Assembly: GCA_965221795.1 (NCBI GenBank)
Contig: OZ244914.1
Coordinates: 826,030 to 890,029, forward strand
DNA from: Candidatus Poriferihabitaceae bacterium
GTDB taxonomy: Bacteria; Pseudomonadota; Gammaproteobacteria; Arenicellales; Poriferihabitantaceae
Length of the DNA: 64,000 nucleotides
Reading direction: 5' to 3'
The stretch's first letter is position 1; each line of letters begins with the position of its first letter. Below, one piece after another: positions 38,296-48,143 of this stretch. The translations under genes were made by a program, and so were the position numbers. The notes beneath the pieces were generated by a model. That model was not told where the DNA came from. It saw only the letters and a list, made by a program, of their open reading frames with translations, and did no database searches.

Positions 38296-39058
38296 GGGGG
38301 GCGGAGCAGACCGACGGTTGGGTTCGGTTGCCGGGCGAAGGGATGGCGGGGCAGGAGTGGAGGTGCCCGTAGGTGCGGGCGGACCGGCAGGCCGGAGGGA
38401 CGCGGTACCGATGCCGGCGGCGTCGGGTCCAGAAGCCGAACGGGCGCGGGGGGCGTCCTGCTGGACGGGGCCATATCCCGGATCGAGTGGACCTTGCGGA
38501 GCGGCCTTCGGTGGTGGCCGAGAAGAGCTGGATCGGCGATTGGGAGCGGGAACCGATCCTTGGCGCGAGACCCCGGGGGAGCGGGTATCAGCAGCGGATC
38601 GGGGCTCGAAGTTCCGGTTCCTGGAGTGGGTGGAGGGCCAGACCGCGGCTGCGGTGACCGCGACGCTCACCCGGCGTCCGGGTCCAGTCCGGGACCGGGT
38701 CCACACCGGCACGGCAGATAACGGCAAGGAGTTCGCGAGGCATCGGGAGATCGCACAGAAGCTTGATGCGGGCTTTTACTTTGCCACCCCCTACCCTTCC
38801 TGGGAACGGGGCCGGAACGAGCACCCCCATGGCCGGGTGCGCGAGTACTTCCCGAAGGGCACCGACTGCCGCCAGGTGCCCCCGACACTCCGGGCCCTCC
38901 GGTGATCCACCGGAGCGGCCACTCGACCTCCAAGTTCCGAACTCGCCTTTGCCTTGGCCGATGGCTTCGCTCAGGATCACCGGCCGTCGAGATGGGTGCC
39001 ATCTGAGGTCGAAAAAAAGGCGTTCGCAGCGCGGGTGCACTTCGGACTGGCCCCGGGG
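38296..39058 (+). pseudogene. IS30-family element remnant (5'-truncated, frameshifted)
   Basis: Transposase pieces (ADRQAGGTRYRCRRRR, DRGSKFRFLEWVEGQTAAAV, TADNGKEFARHREIAQKLDAGFYFATPYPSWERGRNEH) lie in several frames. A terminal IR sits near 39030-39058. Confidence 0.6.
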
Positions 39059-39141
39059 CCAGAATACAGGAAAAGTCATGCTGGATTGATTCGGCTCAAC
39101 ACCCCTGCTTCCTTTCCAAACAGCGTGGGCAACAACAGCCG

Positions 39142-39761
39142 CTAGCTGCTGGTGGCCGGCGTCTCAAAGCAGAGTTGTGCGAACACAGGCTTAGGCTTGT
39201 GAGGATTGCCGACACCCCTCAAGAGGGTCTCAGTCACATTCCGATTTCCTCTTCCAAGAGAAACATACCTTAAATTGCCTACAACAAGCTGAGCCACATG
39301 TTTCGTAGCTGGTGCTAGGTTATGAAATGTTACTGGTGATCCGATTATAAGGTCTCGAATCCCGCCCACAAATCCGACCGTCCCCACAAGATGACGAAAA
39401 CCACCATGGATGGGTCCGTCTTCGTCTCTCACTGTGAAATACATATCAGCATGAGTGAAATCCGTCAGCCATGTTCCGGAGATCTCTGATAAACCCTCTA
39501 TATCCCTTGGGGATATCGGGGATGTACCACCACCAACCGTGGCTTGGGTTGTATCAGGACGACCCCGCTCGGCCTCGCTTTTTATATCAGAAACTCTAAT
39601 ATACGATGTTCCTTTCTGACTAAATCCTTCCGGGCAGGCCGCTGGTCCCAACGTCTGCGCATTCACGGCTGCCGGCAGGGCTATGGCCGCCAGCAACAGG
39701 AAGGCCGTTAGTTTAGCGAGGGGGGGGGGGGGGGGGGGGGCAAGTTACGTAAATATTTCAT
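39142..39761 (-). CDS. secreted hypothetical protein with a poly-C tract in the signal-peptide coding region, currently out of frame
   Basis: GGAG, then ATG AAA TAT TTA CGT AAC TTG, then C21, then (in the other frame) LAKLTAFLLLAAIALPAAVNAQ and a 170-aa mature part. With 21 C the ATG frame hits TAA. With 19 or 22 C it would be in frame. Confidence 0.55.
39720..39740. repeat. homopolymeric G21 tract (C21 in the coding sense)
   Basis: Counted directly: 21 consecutive G. Confidence 0.95.
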
Positions 39762-39831
39762 TGCTGTCTCCAATGTCGAATGATGTTCGAGCAATTATAT
39801 CCCAATTTCGTGCAGAATGAGGTGATTTTCA

Positions 39832-40917
39832 ACCCCCCTTTTCCAGCGTGAGGTGCAACACCCTGTAAGCCGCTGGCTGGCGAGGTGACCAGAAGCTTGC
39901 GGCGGGCCAGAGGATGGTCAACCATCTCGGTTTCTCACCCACGGAGGATTGCCATGCCCGTAGGTTACCACCACCGGACCCATGTCGAACGATGCCCGAT
40001 TCACGCCCGGTTGCATCGGGGGGTGGTCGAAACGGGAGATGGCCCGCGACCTCGGACGGGATCCCGCGACGATCTCGCGCGAGACCTCGCGCCACCGTGG
40101 CCAACGCGGCGACCGGCACCAACCGGCCGACGGCCAGGCCACGGCCCGTCGCCAGGAAGCGTCGGCGGTGCCCCGGAAGATGACACCGGAGCGCTGGGCG
40201 GTCGTGGAAGAACGGTTGCAGGAAGGCTGGAGGCTGGAGCCCGGAGCAGATTGCCGGCTGGGTTCGGTTGCCGGGCCAAGGGATGGCGGGGAAGGAGTGG
40301 AGCTACCCGCACGTACGGGCGGATCGGCAGGCCGGAGGGACCCGGTACCGGTGCCTGCGACGTCGGGGCAAGCAGCCGAACGGGCACGGCGGCCGGCACG
40401 CCGGACGCGGCCACATTCCCGATCGGGTGGACCTTGCGGACCGTCCGGCGGTGGTGGACCGGGGCTCGAAGTTCCGGTTCCTGGAGTGGGTGGACGGGAA
40501 GACCGCGTCGGCGGTGACCGCGGCGATTACCCGGCGCCTGGGGCCGGTTCGGGACCGGGTCCACACCGGCACCGTCGACCTCGGAAGGTTCTGGAGGTTC
40601 GTACCCCGGAAGAGGTCTTTGCCCGTGGGTTGGCTCCCCCCGGACGCGGCCCACGGTCGCCCCTCGACCCCGGCACTCCGGTCCCTCTGGTGATCCACCG
40701 GAGCGGCTTCGCTCGGCCTCCCGGTCCTGAGTGCGCCCTTGCCTGGGCCGATGGCTTCGGTCAGGATTGCCCGCAGTCGAGATGGGTGCCATCGGTGGCC
40801 AAAATGAGCGCCTTGGGGGGCGAATTTTTCGGTCGCCGCCACGATCTCTGCCTTCGGGCTACGCCCTCATTCCGGGATCGCGGCGACTGTTGCACTTCGG
40901 AGTGGAAGCGGGGGTTC
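39832..40917 (+). pseudogene. IS30-family element remnant (both IRs present, transposase deleted and frameshifted)
   Basis: IR AACCCCCCTTTTCCAGCGTGAGGTGCAAC at the left end and GTTGCACTTCGGAGTGGAAGCGGGGGTT at the right. Transposase pieces lie in at least 3 frames. Confidence 0.6.
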
Positions 40918-40971
40918 AAAATAACCTTTGTATAGTCCATAAAACATCTATATGTGATTTATTATAGAGCA

Positions 40972-41310
40972 ATGCCCAAATCTATTAGACGCACCTATTC
41001 ACGTTACAGCCGCGATGCAACGGTATTGCTTGGGGGGCTGATCCGTGAGGCACGTAAAGAGCACAAGCTAACTGCACAGGAAGTAGCCGACCGTGCGGGC
41101 ATTTCCAGAGGCTTCCTGCAACGCATGGAAAAAGGCAACCTCAAGTGCGAAATCGGTGCTGTGTTTGAAGTGGCCACCATTGTCGGAGTGAAGCTCTTTG
41201 ACACCGACGAGATCACTCTTTCCAGGCACCTGAAACAGACCAGGGACAAGTTGAGTCTGCTGCCAAAGTCCATTCGCAGAAAACCCAAGGTGGTACATGA
41301 TGACTTTTAA
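40972..41310 (+). CDS. hipB: HipB-like XRE-family antitoxin (second copy)
   Basis: MPKSIRRTYSRYSRDATVLLGGLIREARKE...QEVADRAGISRGFLQRMEKG. Roughly four-fifths identical to the 31885..32223 product. Confidence 0.75.
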   Translation: MPKSIRRTYSRYSRDATVLLGGLIREARKEHKLTAQEVADRAGISRGFLQRMEKGNLKCEIGAVFEVATIVGVKLFDTDEITLSRHLKQTRDKLSLLPKSIRRKPKVVHDDF

Positions 41311-42562
41311 CGGCGAAAGGGAAGCCTTCGTTTGGATTTGGTTGCCGAATGAGACTACGCCCGTAGTGGCCGGACGGCTGGAAGCTGACAATGACCATCT
41401 CCTGTTCAATTATGGCAAGAGCTATCTGGAACGGGTTGGCGGCCAACCCCCATCAGTGTCAATTTATGAGCCCGAATTACCGCTGCAGGCCGGAATGCTG
41501 CCGCTGCCGAAAGGGTTGACCATGCCTGGTTGTATTCGGGACGCCGCCCCCGATGCGTGGGGGCGACGTGTAATTATCAACAAGAAACTCGGACTTAAGA
41601 ACGCTGGCATGGATACAGCCGAGCTGGGGGAATTGACCTATCTGCTGGAATCCGGTTCTGACCGAATTGGAGCACTCGATTTTCAGTATTCGCCGACCAA
41701 GTACGTACCGCGCTCTGCGAACAACGTCAGCATGGAAGAGCTGATAGAGTCTGCTGAACGGGTTGAAAAAGGCATCCCGCTTACACCTGAACTCGACCAG
41801 GCCTTGTTTCATGGCAGTTCCATTGGCGGTGCCCGTCCCAAAGCACTGATCCACGAACAGGGCCAAAAGTACGTCGCCAAATTTTCTTCTGGCACTGACT
41901 TATACAGCGTGGTTAAAGCCGAATTTATCGCGATGCGGCTGGCTGGACTGGCAGGCCTCAACGTTGCACCGGTCAAACTAACCAGCGCTGCTAACAAGGA
42001 TGTATTGCTCATCAAGCGCTTTGACCGACTGCCCAAAGGTGATCACTGGTCACGTCGAACAATGGTCTCCGCTCTGACCATACTGGGTCTGGACGATATG
42101 ATGGCGCGCTATGCCAGCTACGAAGTATTGGCAGAGATTATCCGCCAGCGCTTTAGCGCCCCGAAAGAAACCCTCAGAGAATTGTTTTCACGTCTGGCGT
42201 TTAACATTTTGTGCGGAAACACTGACGATCATGCGCGCAACCATGCCGCTTTTTGGGATGGTCAGGAACTGTCGCTCACACCGGCTTACGATATCTGTCC
42301 TCAGGGCCGAACTGGCAACGAGGCCTCGCAAGCCATGTTGATCGTTGGAAACAATAATATGAGTCAGCTCAAAACCTGTCTCCAGGCAGCACATCATTTC
42401 CTGTTATCGGAAAAGGATGCCCGCGCAATTTTTGATCAACAGATCACCGCGATAAAGCAGCACTGGAGCGATGCTTGTGACGAAGCGACGCTTACTGAAG
42501 TGGATAGGAAGCTGCTGTGGGGTCGTCAATTCCTAAATGACTTTTCGATTGTTGCGAATTGA
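41297..42562 (+). CDS. hipA: HipA-family kinase toxin (second copy)
   Basis: Same motifs as the first copy (GSDRIGALDF, GGARPKAL, CGNTDDHARNHA). 421 aa. Confidence 0.9.
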   Translation: MMTFNGEREAFVWIWLPNETTPVVAGRLEADNDHLLFNYGKSYLERVGGQPPSVSIYEPELPLQAGMLPLPKGLTMPGCIRDAAPDAWGRRVIINKKLGLKNAGMDTAELGELTYLLESGSDRIGALDFQYSPTKYVPRSANNVSMEELIESAERVEKGIPLTPELDQALFHGSSIGGARPKALIHEQGQKYVAKFSSGTDLYSVVKAEFIAMRLAGLAGLNVAPVKLTSAANKDVLLIKRFDRLPKGDHWSRRTMVSALTILGLDDMMARYASYEVLAEIIRQRFSAPKETLRELFSRLAFNILCGNTDDHARNHAAFWDGQELSLTPAYDICPQGRTGNEASQAMLIVGNNNMSQLKTCLQAAHHFLLSEKDARAIFDQQITAIKQHWSDACDEATLTEVDRKLLWGRQFLNDFSIVAN

Positions 42563-42576
42563 GCAACTCCCGAAAT

Positions 42577-42634
42577 CATTATTCGTTGCTACCAAAGCCG
42601 TTATACTTCCTGATTTTTCATTATATTGAGCCAT
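42577..42634 (-). pseudogene. Fic gene remnant (first ~12 codons joined to the last ~6 codons)
   Basis: TCATTATTCGTTGCTACCAAAG matches the 3' end of the Fic gene at 24117-24140. CCGTTATACTTCCTGATTTTTCATTATATTGAGCCAT, plus upstream bases to about 42665, matches 25631-25700. Confidence 0.6.
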
Positions 42635-42671
42635 TTATGTAAAATTTGGTGATAAAAGATTCTCCCCCATC

Positions 42672-43395
42672 ATTCCCCGGGACCAGTCCGAAGTGCAACC
42701 GCGCCGCGATTCCGGAATGAGGGCGTAGCCCGAAGGGAGGGATCGCGGCGGCGACCAAAAAAATCGCGCATCGAACGCTTCTTTTCGGCCTCGGATGGCA
42801 GCCATCTCGACGGCCGGCAATCCTGACCGAAGCCATCGGCCCATGCCAGGGCGAGCTCAGGACCTGGAGGCCGAGCGAAGCCGCTCCGGTGGATCACCGA
42901 AGGGCCCGGAGTGCCGGGGTCGAGGGGCGGCCGCGGGCCGCGTCCGGCAGGACGGCCGCCGCGACCGTTCGGCCTACCGATCGGCCCGCACATGCGGGTA
43001 GATCCACTCCTTGCCCGCCATCCCTTCGCCCTACTGCCGAGCCCGGCCCGCGATCTGTTCCGGGCTCCCGCCTTCTTGCCGCCGGGTCGTCGCCTTGCCG
43101 TGGGTCTGCGGGTGCCGGTCGCCGCGTTGGCCACGGTGGCGCGAGGTCTCCCGCGAGATCGTACCGGGATCCCGTCCGAGGTCGCGGGCCATCTCCCGTT
43201 TCGACCACCCCCGATGTAACCGCGCGTGAATCGGGCATCGTTCGGCAGGGGTCAGGGGATGGTAGTCTACGAGCATGGTCATTCTCCGTGGGTAAGAAAC
43301 CGAGATGGTTGGCCATCCTCTAGCCCACCGCCAGCGCCTTTTCAACTCACAGCCAGCGGCTTAGGGAGTGCTGCACCTCACACTGGAACGGGGGT
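42672..43395 (-). pseudogene. IS30-family element remnant (internal deletion)
   Basis: Both IR-like ends are present, but only about 720 bp lie between them. N-terminal transposase piece LTPAERCPIHARLHRGWSKREMA. Confidence 0.6.
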
Positions 43396-43520
43396 CCCAC
43401 GATCGGTTCCGAAATCGCCTGGAAAACCGGCTGGATTCGCGCCATGCGCGGGTTCGCCTGGCCGGGACCCGGAACGGGTCCCGATTCGACGAGACCTTCG
43501 GTGTGCGGTACGGCCCCGAC

Positions 43521-44680
43521 CGTGGTAGTCCCGGCCAGCCCACGCGTGGGATGGTCGGGCTAGAGTCTCTCCAGCAGGTGTACCCACTCTCGGACGAGGC
43601 GGTGGTCGCCGGTTGGGGGGAGAATCCCTACGGGCAGTCCTTTTGCGGCGAGGAATATTGCCCGCCCCATCCGCCGGTCGACCCGAGCCGCCGGACGCGG
43701 TGTCGCCCGCGCATCGGGACGGCCGGGGCCGAGTGGGTCCTGCCAGCGACGATCGATGCCGGTCTTACGAGCGGCACCGGGAAGCCGCGGGCGTGGCGGC
43801 GGGTGACGGTCGATACGACCGTGCCGGACCAGGCGGTAACCTTTCCGACCGATGGCCAGCGGTGGAACCGTTCCCGGGTGCGGCGGGTGAAACGGTGCCA
43901 GCGGTATGAGGGGAAGTGGCACCAGCGCGACGCCCGCAAGGGGCCGCAGGCGCGGCGGCGGGCGAACCGGGTTGCCCATGCCCGGCAGCGGCGCCGTATG
44001 AACCGTCCGGTCAAGAGTCTGCGGACCGACCTGGGCCGGGTGGTCCGGGACCGGGAACGAAACACCGCGGGGAGCAAAGATCGGGAGCTGGCGTTTGCGG
44101 ACGAACGGGCGATGGCCCGGCGGGTACGGGCGCCGGAGCCGAAGGGCCGGAACCAGGGGTCCCGCCGGCAGGCCCCGGAAGTCGAGTGTATCCGCAAGGG
44201 CAAGGCCCACCGGCGGTACGAATTCGGGGTCCAGGGGAGCATGGCCACCCCCCCACCGGAGCCACTTCCTCCTGGGCGGGATGGCGCGGGTGAGGCTTCC
44301 GTATACCGGTCCGGGCAGCGGCGAGGCCTCGTGACCCGACGGTGGAAGCAGTGCCTGCGGCGGCGGCAGGCGATGGAGCCCGTGATCGGGCATCTGAAAT
44401 CGGATGGCCATCCGGGAAGGAACGGGCTCCAGGGAATGGAGGGCGACCGGAGGAATGTCCTGCGGTGCGGTGCCGGTCACCACCGGCGGCGGATCCTCCG
44501 TCCGCTGCGGTTTTTTGGTCGCTGGATTTTGGGCCTTGGAGGCCGCATTTTCGACGTTTTGAGGGCCCAGGAACGACGGGGCGATGGAAAATGCCGGCCT
44601 CCGAGTTGGGCAGTGTCCCACCGTGGCGCTTGCGGCCCCCTGAAACAGGTTTTTTTCAGGGCCGGCTACTTATCCACAGA
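43521..44680 (+). pseudogene. IS5-family transposase, degenerate with an internal deletion
   Basis: LSDEAVVAGWGENPYGQSFCGEEY, VTVDTTVPDQAVTFPTD, HAPEVECIRKGKAHRRYEFGV and EPVIGHLKSDG follow the IS5-group transposase. The central DDE part is missing or garbled. C-terminal FFRAGY. Confidence 0.6.
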
Positions 44681-45242
44681 ATCTGTGGATAACTTCACCT
44701 TGACCAGACCCCGGGATTCTTGATGGTGATCCATCTATCGGATTTTCGGAATATGGGAGGGACTGGGGTGCAGGATCAGACGCCCGTGCTCCTGGCTGAC
44801 CCGGGCATCCTTATAAGCGGTAAGTACTGATCGGAGATGCTTGGTGAAGGGGCTTATAAACATTACTTGACAAAGATGAAATCGTGTCGCCAAACCGCCT
44901 TAGCCAAAGAGAAGGGCGAATAAAGTGGGGCCGGTGCCGGGCTGATTGCCCATGACGCCCCCTATTGTGGGGAGGATTGCCCTGTGTCAAGCTATCTTTA
45001 TAATTCCCCATTAGAAACGCAAGTTCTGTGATGCAGGAAGCCGGGGAATGGTACGTGAGCAATTGCACAACCGAATGAGCGGATTACTCCACAGCCAATC
45101 CAATGATGCAGCAGTGGAAAATGATGGCTGAGAAGATGGCCGTCATCCGTACAGTGAGCAGGAAAAACTGGACGAACCATCCTCCGAGATTACCAGACTT
45201 TCCGAAGGCGGTCAGACGGCCCGTCCTTAGGCAAAAACAAAA

Positions 45243-45319
<77 letters not shown>

Positions 45320-45558
45320 CCAAGGTGATGATTCTAGCGCAAATCATCGACATTTCACAATGCCAATTGGTGCGAAAATCAGGGGAGGGGGGAGGGAAGT
45401 TGATGCGCATCTGCCGAAAGCCAGACTCTAGCTCCATTCCACTGTGGATGCTGGGCAAATGCCGGATCAATAGATTTATCCGGAATACTCAATAAACCCT
45501 GGCTCCGGGAATCTCCGCCAACCTGTCCATGGTGGTCGAAGCCGCGCTAATGATCCGG

Positions 45559-46965
45559 TTAACCTGCCCTGACTCGGGATCCTTCCGGACCATCCTCAAT
45601 GACATATCCCATCGTCTGGATCTGATTCCTCAATTCATCTGCCAAAGGCCAGTTTCGTTCTGCCCGGGCACAGTCTCGATCGGCAAGTAGTTTCAGTACC
45701 GTATCAGGGATCTCTTCGAACGGCTGTGACCAGTTGACCAAGTCCAATCCAAGGAAACGGTCCATTGCCAATACGGTAGCCCGGCGGTCCGACGCCGTAA
45801 TCGCAGATTTCGCCAACCCCCAAAGCACTGCCAGGGCCTTGGGGCTGTTCAGATCGTGCTGCATTTCATCCCGGAATTTTTGCAACCATTCGATTTGCAC
45901 CATGCCATCGTCATCCCCTTCCAACACCAGATCTCGCAGACGACCCAAGGTAACACTCGCACTATCAAGGCTCTCCCAAGTGAACTTGAGATCACTGCGA
46001 TAGTGGGCCATCAGGCAAAGATAACGATAGGCTAACGGATCATACCCCCGGTCGGACAGCGATTGCATTCGCAGAAAGGTTCCGTCGGACTTCGCCATTT
46101 TTGCCTGTTCCAGTTCAAGAAAGTACCCATGCAACCAATAATTCGCCAAGCGGGTGCCGTGAGCCACTTCACTTTGCGCGATTTCATTGCTGTGATGCAC
46201 TGGAATATGGTCTTTACCACCACAGTGAATATCAAACCATTTGCCGAGATATTTCACCGACATGGCCGAACACTCGATGTGCCAACCGGGGAAGCCAAGG
46301 CCCCATGGACTTTCCCATTCCATTTGTCTTTGCTGGTTTGCAGGACTGAATTTCCAGAGCGCAAAGTCAGTCACATTACGCTTTTGGCCCAAGTCCACAC
46401 GGGAGCCGGCATTCAGACCGGAGACATCCAGCCTGGCAAGATATCCGTACCCTTCCAGTTTGGCAGTATCAAAATAGACCCCATCATCGGTCGTATAGGT
46501 GTAGCCTTTTCGCTCAATCTCCTGAATGTCGGCAATTTGTTCATCGATATGATCCGTTGCCCGGCACCAGACCTGAGGCTCAAGAATGTTCAGAACTCTC
46601 AAATCCTCCTGAAACGCCTGGGTATAACGCTCAGCAATTTCCCACGCCGAGAGGCCTGTTCGAGCCGAGCCCTTCTCCATCTTGTCCTCCCCGGTATCTG
46701 CATCGGAAGTAAGATGGCCGACATCCGTAATATTCACGACATGGGACACCTCGTACCCTGCTTCAGACAAGGTCCGCCGCAATAAATCTTCGAAAATATA
46801 AGTACGAAGGTTGCCGATATGGGCATAGTCATAGACCGTCGGCCCACAACAATACATCCGGACTTTGCCCGGCTCAATGGGATCAAAGCGTCGCAACTCT
46901 CGTTGGTATGTATCGAAAAGAACAATTGGCTGCGGATCAGTCGTCATCGGTTCGGGGGATGTCAT
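45559..46965 (-). CDS. cysS: cysteine--tRNA ligase
   Basis: CGPTVYDYAHIGNLRTY (HIGH region) and KMAKSDG (KMSKS). 468 aa. Confidence 0.95.
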   Translation of the reverse strand: MTSPEPMTTDPQPIVLFDTYQRELRRFDPIEPGKVRMYCCGPTVYDYAHIGNLRTYIFEDLLRRTLSEAGYEVSHVVNITDVGHLTSDADTGEDKMEKGSARTGLSAWEIAERYTQAFQEDLRVLNILEPQVWCRATDHIDEQIADIQEIERKGYTYTTDDGVYFDTAKLEGYGYLARLDVSGLNAGSRVDLGQKRNVTDFALWKFSPANQQRQMEWESPWGLGFPGWHIECSAMSVKYLGKWFDIHCGGKDHIPVHHSNEIAQSEVAHGTRLANYWLHGYFLELEQAKMAKSDGTFLRMQSLSDRGYDPLAYRYLCLMAHYRSDLKFTWESLDSASVTLGRLRDLVLEGDDDGMVQIEWLQKFRDEMQHDLNSPKALAVLWGLAKSAITASDRRATVLAMDRFLGLDLVNWSQPFEEIPDTVLKLLADRDCARAERNWPLADELRNQIQTMGYVIEDGPEGSRVRAG

Positions 46966-47051
46966 GACTATAGGTCTGTTCAGGGGGTAGGATGGTACAA
47001 TAGTTTCGTTGTCTGCCCAACTTCTCTCTGTCCCTCTCGTGTTTTCGGCAA

Positions 47052-47768
47052 ATGGCTATTGCTTTCATATCCGACCTACATCTGACACCTGAAGCGCCCC
47101 GCTCGACCCTGCTGTTTGAGCAGTTTATCGCCAATGCCTGCCACTATATAACCCAACTTTATATTCTGGGCGACCTGTTCGAGTACTGGATAGGCGATGA
47201 CGGGGGGGAAGTGCTGGGTCACCAAAAGGTCGAAGCTGCACTGCGAAAAACTGTGGATGCCGGCACCGAGATTTTCTTCCTTCCTGGCAACCGGGATTTC
47301 CTGATCGGAGAAGCATTTGCCGAACGAACCGGATGCCGGCTGATGCCGGATCCGGTAGTCATTCAACCCGATGGCATCCGGATTCTCCTGACCCATGGTG
47401 ATGCGCTCTGCACCGATGACACGTCACACCAAGCTGCCCGTCACCAGATGCTGTCCGGGAAGTGGAAGCGGATGTTCCTTGAGCAATCTCTTCACCAGCG
47501 CATGCAGGCCGCTTTCACAATGCGCCAGAAGAGCGAACAGAACAAGGGATCCAAACCCCCGGAAATCATGGATGTGAATCAGTCTGCCGTAGAAGAGATG
47601 ATGCGCAAGCATAATGTGCAAATCATGATTCACGGCCACACGCACCGACCAGCGGCACATGCATTCAGGCTGGATGACCAGTTGAGACGACGATATGTGC
47701 TCGGTGACTGGCACGACCGAAAAAGCGTGATCTATTTCGAACAGGGCCACTTAACCCTGCGACGATAA
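47052..47768 (+). CDS. lpxH: UDP-2,3-diacylglucosamine diphosphatase
   Basis: ISDLHL, GDLFEYWIGDD, GNRDF and HGHTH metallophosphatase motifs. 238 aa. Confidence 0.9.
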   Translation: MAIAFISDLHLTPEAPRSTLLFEQFIANACHYITQLYILGDLFEYWIGDDGGEVLGHQKVEAALRKTVDAGTEIFFLPGNRDFLIGEAFAERTGCRLMPDPVVIQPDGIRILLTHGDALCTDDTSHQAARHQMLSGKWKRMFLEQSLHQRMQAAFTMRQKSEQNKGSKPPEIMDVNQSAVEEMMRKHNVQIMIHGHTHRPAAHAFRLDDQLRRRYVLGDWHDRKSVIYFEQGHLTLRR

Positions 47769-48143
47769 TGTATAGCCGTTGAGTAGCATACCAATCGGGG
47801 GGTGTGAATGAACCGCTTCGTGGCCAGTTTTATCGTCGCCGTGAAGAGGAATTCCGCTGTATGGAATATCCAGGGCGTTTTGACATGCCCTGGTCAGTCC
47901 GCATTTTCTCATATGCCTGCCCGACCGATACCGGCACAAAGCAATCGGAACCCTATTCCGAGTCAGGCATCGCATCAAGCAACCGTAACATTGGATGGGG
48001 TCAGGCCATCTCATTATGCATCGTAGAGCTGAAACCCAGCGAGATCATGGGAATCGGGTCGATGGCAGGAATCAGATGATTGATCATTCCTGCAGAAAAC
48101 CTTGAGGTCGGGTGCTGCCATCGCCCCGTCTGATGGTCATGCG

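Noticed and set aside
43560-44621. 353-aa minus-strand ORF.
   Set aside because: It is antisense to the IS5-family transposase pseudogene. The product is Pro/Arg/Gly-rich nonsense typical of GC-rich shadow frames.
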